IMG/VR virus record: IMGVR_UViG_3300037467_003067
Location: 192,001 to 256,000 of that record
Reading direction: 5' to 3' (one strand)
DNA length: 64,000 nucleotides
Source: a virus
Taxonomy: Duplodnaviria > Caudoviricetes
The notes below the pieces were generated by a model, which was not told where the DNA came from, searched no databases, and saw only the letters and a list, made by a program, of their open reading frames with translations. The translations under genes were made by a program, and so were the position numbers. Of the stretch, positions 10,705 to 20,307 are shown piece after piece (the first letter of the stretch is position 1; every line of letters begins with the position of its first letter).

Positions 10705-11430
10705 ATGGATTTCAAGTGGAACCTTCGGTTTGTCGCGGACCTTTTCAGCACACCTCAGTGCTTGGTGCCTCTGACATTGGGAGCCGTGGTCGTACTCTCG
10801 GGGTGGGCGATCAGTACGACCACGGTGATCGGATTAGGATTCGCCATCATGGGGATTGGGACCGCACTCGGGTTGACCCGCCTCATCAACGACCGGGAAG
10901 CCTTGGTCAAGGGCTTCCTGGCACGGGAGCGACAGGAAAAGATCGCCCTAGACGAGGCTCGACTGGTGGCTCTTGCGGAACAGTTGAAAAACTTTCCCGG
11001 CAAGGAAATCCGCCAGTGTTTGCGTGACCTCCGGGCGCTCAAGCTGTCGTTCGAGGAATCGATCGCCCAGCAAGATATCGCCAACTTCATTGATGAAGAT
11101 TTCCGAAACAAGTTCACTTCGCTGTTCTGGAAATCCATCGATATGATGGACAAGGCGGTTCGCCTGCAGAAGACGGCAGCAAACATGACGAACAAGGACG
11201 GCATTTATGCCGCTCGGGACAAGATTATTGGGGAGGTCGAAGAAAACACGGTCGCCCTGAGACAGAGCTTCGAGGGACTGACGGTTCTCGCTTTGACCCA
11301 CGACGAGGGAGCCTTGGACAATCTGAGGCAGGATTTAGATAGCAAATTGTCGGTGGCGACGGAGGTCGAAAACGAGTTGCGGGGAATCGGCAAGAGCGTG
11401 GTCGACGAGGGAATGAAGGAATACCTCTGA
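10705..11430 (+). CDS. Two-TM protein with helical C-terminal domain (XpaC-like architecture)
   Basis: Two hydrophobic helices then coiled coil. Confidence 0.6.
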   Translation: MDFKWNLRFVADLFSTPQCLVPLTLGAVVVLSGWAISTTTVIGLGFAIMGIGTALGLTRLINDREALVKGFLARERQEKIALDEARLVALAEQLKNFPGKEIRQCLRDLRALKLSFEESIAQQDIANFIDEDFRNKFTSLFWKSIDMMDKAVRLQKTAANMTNKDGIYAARDKIIGEVEENTVALRQSFEGLTVLALTHDEGALDNLRQDLDSKLSVATEVENELRGIGKSVVDEGMKEYL

Positions 11431-11437
11431 ATTCCTG

Positions 11438-11466
11438 TTAACATTCCTGCCGTTATGTGATAGAAT
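11438..11466 (+). promoter_or_regulatory. sigma70-like promoter with extended -10
   Basis: TTAACA-17 nt-TAGAAT with TG. Confidence 0.6.
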
Positions 11467-11508
11467 GTTTTTCCAAGGGCGATTTCAAACAATACTAGGA
11501 GAAGACAG

Positions 11509-12450
11509 ATGTTCCGGTTTTTCGGATCGATTTTTCGGTGGGTGGGGCTGAAGCTGGGTCTCGTGAACAGCAGCATCGACGCGGCGAATGACCGTCTGCT
11601 CAAGAAGAACCCGGAATTGCTCCGTCGCGAGGGGCAATTGGCGCAGGAGGAATTGAAGGCGAATTATCGCGATCTCCACAAGGTGATCGCGGGCAAGGTC
11701 GCCTCCCGGAATCAGAAGGATGAGCGAATCCTAGCCAATACCAAGCGACTTGGCTTGGTCGCGAAAGCCAAGTCGGGTCAAATCACGACCAAGAATGGCA
11801 AGGACCGGATCGAGCAGATCGGGTACGATCTCTCGCAGTTGTCGACCGCTCGTACCAACGCGACCAAGAAACTCAAGGAAGTGGCGAACCGACTTGGCGT
11901 GACCGACACGAACTCCCCGGCTGCCCAGAACGATCCGGAATTCCTCCAGCACAGGACCGCATTGTCGAACTTCCTCCAGAAGGAGAAGGACCTGAAGAAC
12001 GAGCTCGACCAGATCGAGGCGAACTTGAGGTCTGACATCGAAACCGACACGACCGCAGTCAACAAGCTCAAGGGACAGTTGTCTCACGACAAGACCCGCT
12101 TGGAGAAGATGGAGCGGGACATCAACAACATCCCCGGTCAGATCGAAGAAGCCATCAACGAAATCATGGGCGCTGAGGAAGCCAAGCGACAGAACGAGAT
12201 CCTCAGGTCGATCGACACGTCCAACGCCGAGAATCGTCTGGCGAACATCGACCGCCTGAAGAAGACGGCGGTCGCAGAGGGCGAAGTCGCCAACGAGATG
12301 GCATCGCCCGTTCATCTTGACAGCGAGTACCTCAACTACACCAACTCGTCGGACGTGGACGACGAGATCAACGCCCTCCTCTCGGTGGGCAACACGACCA
12401 CCGCCGACAACGAAAAGACCGCCGAGGTCGACCAGTTGCCAGAAGGTTGA
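11509..12450 (+). CDS. PspA/IM30-like coiled-coil protein
   Basis: Amphipathic N-terminal helix MFRFFGSIFRW, long coiled coil, C-terminal 'DVDDEINALL'. Confidence 0.6.
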   Translation: MFRFFGSIFRWVGLKLGLVNSSIDAANDRLLKKNPELLRREGQLAQEELKANYRDLHKVIAGKVASRNQKDERILANTKRLGLVAKAKSGQITTKNGKDRIEQIGYDLSQLSTARTNATKKLKEVANRLGVTDTNSPAAQNDPEFLQHRTALSNFLQKEKDLKNELDQIEANLRSDIETDTTAVNKLKGQLSHDKTRLEKMERDINNIPGQIEEAINEIMGAEEAKRQNEILRSIDTSNAENRLANIDRLKKTAVAEGEVANEMASPVHLDSEYLNYTNSSDVDDEINALLSVGNTTTADNEKTAEVDQLPEG

Positions 12451-12459
12451 TCAGACCAG

Positions 12460-12501
12460 CACTGAGGTATACAGACAGCCGGATGCCTCAGTGTCCTTTT
12501 T
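12460..12501 (+). terminator. Hairpin/terminator-like element
   Basis: CACTGAGGTAT / ATGCCTCAGTG followed by T run. Confidence 0.45.
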
Positions 12502-12542
12502 AGGCTGGAACCGAACTGCTTCAAGACAAGAGGTCGAATCCG

Positions 12543-13664
12543 ATGAAACGTCAGTGGTACGCAATTACGGCAATCTTGATCGTTGGTCTGGTGGGATGCG
12601 GTGGGACCAATCCTGCCGGGCGTCCGGCACCGAAGCCTGAGACCACGGCTCAGAATGATGCCCCCGTGGTTCGGACGCTTGCCAACAGCGACTACCCAAG
12701 TTGGCAGGTCTTCGATGTCGCCCACAAGCTGGGTCTGGTCGACAAAGACCAGGGCAAGCTCACCGACTTGGAACGGAAGTACAACGTGGACTTCGTCCTC
12801 CGTCGCGGCGACTATACCGAGACCATCAGCATGTATGGCTCGGGAGCGGTGGATGCGGTGACCATTACAAACACCGACATCCTGGCACCGGCGTTGACGC
12901 GAGAGGCAGTCGCGATCTTCCCGACCAGTACGTCGCAGGGAGCCGACGCCTGCCTCGTGACCGGCATCGAAAAGATCGAAGACTTGAAGGGCGTGCCGAT
13001 CTATGGTGCCGAGAAATCGGTCTCCGAATACGCCTTCCGACGCCTTGCCAGCAAACACGGGCTTGAGTCCAAGGACATCGTCTGGAGGAATATGGACCCG
13101 TCGGCAGCCGCGACCGCGATGATCCAGAAGCAGAACGGCATCAACGCGATCATGGTCTGGGAGCCGCAGGTGGAAGAGGTCCTTAACCAGCGGAAGGATG
13201 CCAAGGATATCTTCAATTCCAGCGAGATTCCCGGCGAGGTCATCGACATGGTCGTGATGGGTAGGGACTCCTATGAGTCGCCGGGCGGCAAGGAGTTCGC
13301 GACCTTCCTGGCAGACGTCTACTACCAGACTTGCCGGAAGATCAACACCGACGACAAGGCGTTGACTCAATTGGGCGAGGATTTCGCCCACCTGGACGCC
13401 GAACAGATGAAGGTCGTGCGGTCCAAGTGCAAGTTCTTCGACACGCCCGAGCAGGGGATCGCCGTCTTCAAAGCCCCAACTTTTCCCGACGCGATGAAGA
13501 TGATCAGCCAGTTCAGTAAGGACCGCGACATCATCGCCAAGAACCCGATCGTGTCCTATCTTGACCCGTCCGGAATGGGCATCTATCCGGCGAAGGCGGA
13601 TACCAAGCCACCGGTCCCTAACTTGTCCTTCCTGACCAGCGTCATGGGACAGTTGGCTAAGTGA
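12543..13664 (+). CDS. ABC transporter substrate-binding lipoprotein (NMT1/SsuA/TauA family)
   Basis: Lipobox LVGC; DYTETISMYGSGAVDAVTITNTD, SQGAD, WEPQ, IPGEVIDM motifs. Confidence 0.85.
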   Translation: MKRQWYAITAILIVGLVGCGGTNPAGRPAPKPETTAQNDAPVVRTLANSDYPSWQVFDVAHKLGLVDKDQGKLTDLERKYNVDFVLRRGDYTETISMYGSGAVDAVTITNTDILAPALTREAVAIFPTSTSQGADACLVTGIEKIEDLKGVPIYGAEKSVSEYAFRRLASKHGLESKDIVWRNMDPSAAATAMIQKQNGINAIMVWEPQVEEVLNQRKDAKDIFNSSEIPGEVIDMVVMGRDSYESPGGKEFATFLADVYYQTCRKINTDDKALTQLGEDFAHLDAEQMKVVRSKCKFFDTPEQGIAVFKAPTFPDAMKMISQFSKDRDIIAKNPIVSYLDPSGMGIYPAKADTKPPVPNLSFLTSVMGQLAK

Positions 13665-13685
13665 TCGTCGGTTCTCACTAACCTC

Positions 13686-13720
13686 AGCCCCGTTCTAGCC
13701 TGGACTAGAACGGGGCTTTC
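13686..13720 (+). terminator. Intrinsic terminator/stabilising hairpin
   Basis: 13-bp stem AGCCCCGTTCTAG/CTAGAACGGGGCT. Confidence 0.7.
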
Positions 13721-13734
13721 TCAATCAAGGACCA

Positions 13735-14652
13735 TTGACGGCAATGACTGCTTACAAGAAGCGAATCCATCGAGTCGCTAGCCCTTGGAACATCCGCCAG
13801 GCGATTTCCCTGCCAACGAGAGTGTTTCTCCAACTTGCGGGAATTGCGACCGTCATCGGTCTTTACTCCCTGATGAGTCAGCACCAGCATCAAGTCAATC
13901 CCAACGACACAACCGTCCCCAATTTCAGTCAATTTGTAGAAGGCTTCAAGACAATCACGGAAATCCGGTACGACGGCAACTCCTGGATCGTCACCGACAC
14001 CGCTGCGACCTTCGGACGACTAGCCAAGGGCATGATGATCAGTTTCGCCCTCTCCGTAGTCATTGGAACTCTGATGGGTTGTTACGAGGCAGTAGAATGC
14101 TATTTCGGGCTAATCGTCTCGGCGATGGCGAAGGAACCGGCAACTGCCATGCTTGCCGCCTTCTTCGTCCTGCTCGGGACCGGAGAGTCGCTGTATGTTG
14201 GCGTGGTGGTCTTTGGCACGTTGCCATGGATGTCTCAAGCTATATTCGAATCGGTCCGACATGACGTCCACCGCAATTCGATCAATAAGATGATCACGTT
14301 TAATGCCAGTCCATGTGAACAGATATACAACTTGGTTTACAAGAGGATTTTCCCCAAGATCATCGACTCGACCCGGATCGCGACCTCAGCCGCCATGATC
14401 GGTCTGCTCGCTGCCGAGATGCAAGTGGGCGACGTCGGCTTCGGCTACCGCATGAAAATCAACAGCCGTCGCCTGGACATGAGCGTGGTCTACCTCTACC
14501 TGACGATCCTCGTCCTGATCGGGTATTCGATCGACTACGCCTTCACTCAGTTCCGGATGTACTGGTGTCCCTGGTACGGTGAACAAAAAGAAAACAGGAC
14601 ATCTTGGGTTTCCATGCTGTTCTCTAGGTTCAAGAATCGGAGCAGGTCGTGA
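13735..14652 (+). CDS. ABC transporter permease (TauC/SsuC family)
   Basis: Multiple TMs, AAEM..GFGY motif. Confidence 0.85.
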   Translation: MTAMTAYKKRIHRVASPWNIRQAISLPTRVFLQLAGIATVIGLYSLMSQHQHQVNPNDTTVPNFSQFVEGFKTITEIRYDGNSWIVTDTAATFGRLAKGMMISFALSVVIGTLMGCYEAVECYFGLIVSAMAKEPATAMLAAFFVLLGTGESLYVGVVVFGTLPWMSQAIFESVRHDVHRNSINKMITFNASPCEQIYNLVYKRIFPKIIDSTRIATSAAMIGLLAAEMQVGDVGFGYRMKINSRRLDMSVVYLYLTILVLIGYSIDYAFTQFRMYWCPWYGEQKENRTSWVSMLFSRFKNRSRS

Positions 14653-14885
14653 AAAGAATAGCCCCAGCAAGCTTATGCCATCAATTACTTTTGGTAGCAT
14701 GTATGATCGACATTCTCACCTGTTGGTGTCAATTTCGATCGACGACAAGCTGCCAGGTGCTTTCTTACGTCGCATACGCTTTGCTCATCATCGGGATCGC
14801 AATCTTGCCCGATAACAGACCCCTCATTATTCAGCTTGAATACAAAAGGAAAGAGACCGACAATGTCATTGAAGCCGATTCTTGA
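14649..14885 (+). CDS. Small membrane protein
   Basis: Two hydrophobic segments; overlaps both neighbours. Confidence 0.4.
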   Translation: MKRIAPASLCHQLLLVACMIDILTCWCQFRSTTSCQVLSYVAYALLIIGIAILPDNRPLIIQLEYKRKETDNVIEADS

Positions 14886-15846
14886 GATCGAGGGTCTCTC
14901 CCATTCCAGGAACGGAGTGCCGGTCCTCAACGACATCAACCTCAAGATCATCCAAGGCGAGACGGTCGCGATCGTCGGTCCGAGCGGTTCGGGCAAGTCC
15001 ACCTTGCTCGACATCCTCATGGGAACCATCTCCCCCACACAGGGCGAAATCTACGTAGACAACGTCAAGGTAGTCGAGCCATCCCGAGACCGAGGCATCG
15101 TCTACCAGAAGTATACCTTGCTCGACCACGAAACTGTAGAAATGAATGTGGCAATTGGTCCGATCCTGGAAAAGACCAATTTGCCGCAACGCTTCCTCTG
15201 GTCCTTGAAAGACAAGCCGATCAAGTTCCTGAGGAAACTCAGGATCGGATCGGGCTGGAAGACCCTGGAAGATCCCTACCTGATAGAGAGTCACGTCTGG
15301 CTCTCCAAGGTGGGATTGAGCCATGCGGCGACTCGCTATCCGTCCCAACTCTCGGGCGGTATGCAGCAGCGATGCGCCATTGCTCAATGTATGATCATGA
15401 GACCAAAAATCCTTCTCATGGACGAACCCTTCGGCGCGCTCGACCCCAAGACGCGGCACGACTGTCAGCGGATCATGCTCGACATCGCTCAGGAGAATAT
15501 CGACGCGGTGGCAAACGACAAGGAGCCGCCCGTCACGGTTATCTTTGTGACCCATGATCGGGCTGAGGCGATCAAGATCGCCGACCGGGTGATCGCCATC
15601 TCTCAGTTTCACCCCGACGGAGAAAACGGGGCGACGATCGTCTTCGATGCGGCAACCCCGAATTTCGATCCCAAGAATCCCGTGACCTTCGATTTTCCCA
15701 AAGCCATGATGATGGAGGAAGATATCACGGCTGCAGCCATGGACCCGATGAACAATGGGGTCAAGAAACAGTTCCATACCTTTTGGCGGGACGTGGAACT
15801 CGGGAGTGTCAAGGGGATTTTCGCAGGCAAAAAAATGACATTTTGA
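14863..15846 (+). CDS. ABC transporter ATPase (TauB/SsuB family)
   Basis: GPSGSGKS, LSGGMQQR, LLMDEPFGALD, FVTHD. Confidence 0.93.
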   Translation: MSLKPILEIEGLSHSRNGVPVLNDINLKIIQGETVAIVGPSGSGKSTLLDILMGTISPTQGEIYVDNVKVVEPSRDRGIVYQKYTLLDHETVEMNVAIGPILEKTNLPQRFLWSLKDKPIKFLRKLRIGSGWKTLEDPYLIESHVWLSKVGLSHAATRYPSQLSGGMQQRCAIAQCMIMRPKILLMDEPFGALDPKTRHDCQRIMLDIAQENIDAVANDKEPPVTVIFVTHDRAEAIKIADRVIAISQFHPDGENGATIVFDAATPNFDPKNPVTFDFPKAMMMEEDITAAAMDPMNNGVKKQFHTFWRDVELGSVKGIFAGKKMTF

Positions 15847-15922
15847 TGACATTGGTGTTGTGAAATGCCAATGTCGTTGTTATAGTATTCCCTGCTGATG
15901 TTCAAGCCAAAGGATTCTTCCA

Positions 15923-16228
15923 ATGAATGCGGAAATGATTCTCAGCGGCGTCACGGCAAAATTCGCCGGATACACCTTGCTCACAACTCTTGGATTATGC
16001 CTTGCGGCTCTGGTCTTCGCGGGGGTCGCCAGTCTCATTGTCATGATGTGGGACGATGTGGGGCGGTATATCAAAGGCAAAAGGACCGAGTCTCAGCAAG
16101 ATATGGTCAAGAGAGAGATCGTCATTGCCAAGTCCAAGATCGATCTTCTTTATGAAGAGAACCGGTTGAGGGAATTGCTTGAGAAACGTGAAACGCAGTA
16201 TCGTCAGATTGAGGCATCGAAGAAGTAG
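15923..16228 (+). CDS. Membrane protein with coiled coil
   Basis: One TM plus charged helix. Confidence 0.6.
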   Translation: MNAEMILSGVTAKFAGYTLLTTLGLCLAALVFAGVASLIVMMWDDVGRYIKGKRTESQQDMVKREIVIAKSKIDLLYEENRLRELLEKRETQYRQIEASKK

Positions 16229-16254
16229 CTCTGCTCTGGACGAAGGGGGTTTTG

Positions 16255-16839
16255 ATGAACGCAAAGACACGTGCGGAATTGATTCAGTTGGTGCGGCGGG
16301 ACGCGCTCAAGGTTGGCGCATTCAAGCTCGCCAGCGGGAGAGAATCCCACTACTACCTCGATTGCCGGAAGATCACGCTCTCTGCTGAGGGATCGCATAC
16401 GGTGGCAACCGCGATCTGCTCAGCACTTCGCAACCAGCAGGTCGATGCGATCGGCGGATTGACCATGGGCGCAGATCCGATCGTCGGGGCGGTCCTGGCA
16501 CTCTCAGCACCCATCAGGACCAAGCCGCTCCGGGGCTTCCTCGTTCGCAAGGAAGTCAAGGGGCATGGTCTGGGGCGGTTGATCGAGGGGACTTTGCGTG
16601 ACGGCGACCGTGTCGCCATCATAGAGGATGTCACGACCACGGGCGAGTCCGCGTTGCGTGCTGCCAAGGTGGTTCAGGAGGTCGGAGGCATCGTAGATGT
16701 CGTGATCTCCATCGTGGATCGCATGGAAGGTGCCGACGAGACCTTCGCGTCGCATGGCTTGGCATTCCAGCCATTATTGACTATTCGTGAGTTGGGCGTC
16801 GAACCCCAGGTTTTTTCAGCGACTCAGGTTGCCGGTTGA
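16255..16839 (+). CDS. pyrE: Orotate phosphoribosyltransferase
   Basis: FKLASGRESHYYLDCR, VRKEVKGHG, IIEDVTTTG PRPP motif. Confidence 0.95.
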   Translation: MNAKTRAELIQLVRRDALKVGAFKLASGRESHYYLDCRKITLSAEGSHTVATAICSALRNQQVDAIGGLTMGADPIVGAVLALSAPIRTKPLRGFLVRKEVKGHGLGRLIEGTLRDGDRVAIIEDVTTTGESALRAAKVVQEVGGIVDVVISIVDRMEGADETFASHGLAFQPLLTIRELGVEPQVFSATQVAG

Positions 16840-16849
16840 GGGCTTTGTC

Positions 16850-18778
16850 ATGTCAACGAAAACGGAATTTGTCGATATGCCGATGATTCCGGCTCTCCCG
16901 GCTCCCGAGCCGAAGCCGGACGTGCCGACCTATGAGTTCATCAAAGAACTCACGACCGCCATGAAGAGCGGTTCGAGTCGGAGCTTGATCCTCTCGGGCA
17001 GCGTCCAAGACCTCTTCTTCTCCAAGACAAAGTCCAAGGAGAGCTACGTCCCCCTCGTGTCGCTGCTCATCGACAAGTTTTCGTTCGACAACAAGGTCAA
17101 CGTGGGCGGCGAGGAAGTCAAACTCGCTATCCTCCAACTCGACCTCAATGACGGTATCCGGTTCCTGAATGGGTGTGAAACCTCCGTGGTCGATATGTTC
17201 GTCGCCTGGCAGATCGGTCTCAAGAAAGTCGAGCATCTGCCCGCCGCGTCGAAAACCACGATGGCGAAAGTCCCCGGTCCGACCAACCCCAGCACGAAGG
17301 GTGGCAGCCTCGAAGCAAGCCGCAAGTCCATCGTGGACACGCTCTATGCCAACCTCCGAGAAGCCCGCAACAACTACGGGACCGCCCTGCAGATCCTTCG
17401 CCGATTCGTCGAAGCCTCGCAGTTCACCAATGGTCCAAAGCTGTTGATCATCATCGAGGGTGCCGACCTGATCGTGCCAGCCGGGGGCGACCTTGCCACC
17501 TTGCCGACTTCCATGGTCCGTAAACTCGGCATCTTGGAAAGTTGGTTCTCTGACCCCGATTTCATGGACGGCAAGAGTACCGTCGTCATGTTGGCGGATT
17601 CGATGTCGGCGATCCATCCGCGAGTAACTCGGCTGATGCAGATCACGAACATCGAAGTGCCAGCGCCGAGCCTGAATGACCGCTGGCACTTCATCGACCA
17701 CTACTACCAGTCGAAGGGGAAAACCACTCAGAACAACCCCAAGGAATTCGCCGAAGAGACAGCCGGATTGTCCATCCATTCGATCCGGCAACTAATCGTG
17801 TCCCAGATTGCCTTGGATGAGACCAAGCCGATCCCATCCAAGGCAATCTCGAAACAAGTGTCCGAGTTCCTCAAGTCGCAACTCGGGGAATCCATCAAAT
17901 ACTACAAACCCAATCACAAGCTCGACGCGGTCAGGGGCAACCGCAAATTGAAGGTTTACGGTAAGGACGAACTCATTCCGCGACTCCAGTCCAAAAATTC
18001 CAGCGCCTTGCCAGCAATGGTCATCACGGGTCCGATCGGCGTCGGCAAGACCTTCTACATCGATGCGATTGCGGCTGAGATGGATTGCCCAGTCCTAGAA
18101 CTCGGCAATATCCGTAGTCAGTGGTACGGCGGCACCGACATCATCCTCGATAAATTGGAACGCCTACTCTGGGTCATCCCCAAAGTCCTGATCATGGTGC
18201 CGGAAGCCGATACGGCATTCGGCGGGGTCGACAAGGGAATCCATGATACTGAACGGCGGTTAACCGGCAAGATACAGTCCCTCATGTCCAATCCGGGTCT
18301 GAAAGGAAAGGTTTGTTGGGTCTTGGATACCGCCCGCGTCGACCAACTCAGCCCCGACATCCGGCGTCCAGGTCGAGCCGACCTGATCATTCCGATGTTT
18401 GATCCCGACGATGAGGACCGCAAGGATTTCGTCGATATGCTCTTCGACAAAATCCCTCAACTGAAGACCGCCGAAGCGATGACCAGTCTGACCTCGATAA
18501 CCAAGGGATTCTCTGCAGGTCTCTTCGGCGCGATCCGAGGGCGAATCCAGTCGGCGATCGACCAGGGCAAGATGGAATCCCTGGACCAATTGATCTGGAT
18601 CGTGAATGACACCATGGTCCCGGATATCACGACGGATCGAAGGGTGCAAGAATTGAACGCCCTCTTGAACAGCACCAGTCGGTCACTCCTGCCCGACATC
18701 TACCAGAATGGCGACATGAGTCAATACCGAGAGAAGTGGGCGAATGAGATCAAAGCCTTGAAGGGAAAAAGTGTGTGA
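16850..18778 (+). CDS. AAA+ ATPase with degenerate N-terminal AAA module
   Basis: Walker A GPIGVGKT, variant Walker B IMVPEAD, RRPGR arginine finger. Confidence 0.82.
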   Translation: MSTKTEFVDMPMIPALPAPEPKPDVPTYEFIKELTTAMKSGSSRSLILSGSVQDLFFSKTKSKESYVPLVSLLIDKFSFDNKVNVGGEEVKLAILQLDLNDGIRFLNGCETSVVDMFVAWQIGLKKVEHLPAASKTTMAKVPGPTNPSTKGGSLEASRKSIVDTLYANLREARNNYGTALQILRRFVEASQFTNGPKLLIIIEGADLIVPAGGDLATLPTSMVRKLGILESWFSDPDFMDGKSTVVMLADSMSAIHPRVTRLMQITNIEVPAPSLNDRWHFIDHYYQSKGKTTQNNPKEFAEETAGLSIHSIRQLIVSQIALDETKPIPSKAISKQVSEFLKSQLGESIKYYKPNHKLDAVRGNRKLKVYGKDELIPRLQSKNSSALPAMVITGPIGVGKTFYIDAIAAEMDCPVLELGNIRSQWYGGTDIILDKLERLLWVIPKVLIMVPEADTAFGGVDKGIHDTERRLTGKIQSLMSNPGLKGKVCWVLDTARVDQLSPDIRRPGRADLIIPMFDPDDEDRKDFVDMLFDKIPQLKTAEAMTSLTSITKGFSAGLFGAIRGRIQSAIDQGKMESLDQLIWIVNDTMVPDITTDRRVQELNALLNSTSRSLLPDIYQNGDMSQYREKWANEIKALKGKSV

Positions 18779-18814
18779 TTAACTGGAACCGGTCACGAGC
18801 AAAGAGGACTAGGC

Positions 18815-19099
18815 ATGGAAGTCCATGAGAGTGCAAAGCCACCATTCACGCCTCACCCCGAGGAAGCCGCTGAGTTTCATGTTTTCCGTGTAGGCATCGT
18901 TCATGCAGAAATATGTTCGAGCCATACGGAGACCTTGCAGGTCCAATCTCTCCTGGAAGAAGTCCACCCTGCAGGGTCGGGGAATTGCTGGAAGCTTCTC
19001 CAGAGGTCGGTGAACGGCAAGTCCTATCCTAGTTCGTGCTCCAAATTTCCGAAATCCCACTACCATTACCTATTCGCCATCGGCGAGAAAGAGAAATGA
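18815..19099 (+). CDS. Hypothetical protein
   Basis: ORF with SD GAGG. Confidence 0.6.
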   Translation: MEVHESAKPPFTPHPEEAAEFHVFRVGIVHAEICSSHTETLQVQSLLEEVHPAGSGNCWKLLQRSVNGKSYPSSCSKFPKSHYHYLFAIGEKEK

Positions 19100-19269
19100 T
19101 GCCAGATATCATCAAAACAATCGAATACAAGGGATACAACTTGGTCCAGTGCCAGTGTTTCTGTGGTTCCACTTTCCACGCCCTCAAATCGGAGGTGGAG
19201 AGTGGCGAAATCAAGTCATGCGGTCACGTCCGTGCTGGCAACATCCTGGACCGTCTCGTCGCACAGTAA
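19096..19269 (+). CDS. Small Cys-containing protein
   Basis: CQCFCG..IKSCG, like zinc module of HNH endonuclease N-termini. Confidence 0.5.
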   Translation: MMPDIIKTIEYKGYNLVQCQCFCGSTFHALKSEVESGEIKSCGHVRAGNILDRLVAQ

Positions 19270-19290
19270 ACCAATCCAGAGGAATCTTCC

Positions 19291-19698
19291 ATGCGAACCC
19301 CCGAGACACTGAAATTCGCGGTGTCCCATGAATGGGCCGCACACGACGACGCCGATATCCAGAGCGATATCATCGTCTGCGGAATCTCCCAATTCGCCGT
19401 GGACCAATTGACCGACATCATTGTCATCGACCTTCCCAAGGTCGGAACCCAAGTCACGCAAGGGAAAGCGGCGGGAGAGATCGAGTCGGTCAAAGCCGTC
19501 TCAGACATCTACTCGCCCGTGACCGGCGAGATCATCGAGGTCAATGACAAGTTGGTTTCCGATGTTTCTCTGCTCTCCAGCGATCCCTACGGAGAGGGAT
19601 GGCTCTTCAGGATTCGACCAGTCCAGGCAAACTCGGTCGAGAGTCTCATGTCCTATGAGGAATATCAAGCCCAAATTGCAAAGGAAAAGGAACACTAA
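19291..19698 (+). CDS. gcvH: Glycine cleavage system H protein
   Basis: SHEW, EIESVKAVSDIYSPVTG lipoyl-Lys motif, DPYGEGWL. Confidence 0.95.
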   Translation: MRTPETLKFAVSHEWAAHDDADIQSDIIVCGISQFAVDQLTDIIVIDLPKVGTQVTQGKAAGEIESVKAVSDIYSPVTGEIIEVNDKLVSDVSLLSSDPYGEGWLFRIRPVQANSVESLMSYEEYQAQIAKEKEH

Positions 19699-20300
19699 TG
19701 TCTTATCTCCCCACAGTAAAAAACAGAAAAAACAAAGCCGTTGAGCCGGATCGAAACCAGCAAATTGTTGCAAAGTACACCAGGTCCGACTCGACGGCTA
19801 TAAGGTCATATCCTAAAGCACAATTTGTCAGTGTGTACAGGATCACACGCCATGCCCGAGAACGATATCTCCAGAGATTTTCCAACTTATCGAAATACAA
19901 ACACATTGATTCTTGTCCTCAAAGAGATACCTGCAAGCACTGCCATTCCCTTCGCATCGCCCTCAAGCAACTCGCCGATGACCAAAGGTTCGAGGTCGAC
20001 AAGGAAATTGAACGACGGATCAACCAAGCCAAAGAAGAACGCTCTTATATCAATAATACCGAACTGATGCTTCGCCTCTGGGAAGAGTACGGCTACGATT
20101 CAAGATTCCGGTTCCTGAGAGATCAGGATGCCGTGTTCGTCATCGGTCAGAATGGTCCGATCCAGACTGTTATCACGGTATTACCCATGGGGTCTCCGAT
20201 CGGGAAACAAATCTCTGTTCATGTCAAATTCCGCAAGAAAGACAAAGGACGGCTTCCTCAACCAGAACCCGAAGAAGAAACTTACATTGCCGACAGGTGA
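19698..20300 (+). CDS. Hypothetical protein
   Basis: ITRHARERYLQR..VITVL motif reminiscent of RelE-like folds. Confidence 0.6.
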   Translation: MSYLPTVKNRKNKAVEPDRNQQIVAKYTRSDSTAIRSYPKAQFVSVYRITRHARERYLQRFSNLSKYKHIDSCPQRDTCKHCHSLRIALKQLADDQRFEVDKEIERRINQAKEERSYINNTELMLRLWEEYGYDSRFRFLRDQDAVFVIGQNGPIQTVITVLPMGSPIGKQISVHVKFRKKDKGRLPQPEPEEETYIADR

Positions 20301-20307
20301 CCCAAAG

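Noticed and set aside
12543-13664. Guanidine uptake pathway linked to the amidinotransferase at 49731
   Set aside because: The binding protein resembles urea-carboxylase-associated transporters, but I saw no guanidine riboswitch or carboxylase and the genes are 36 kb apart.
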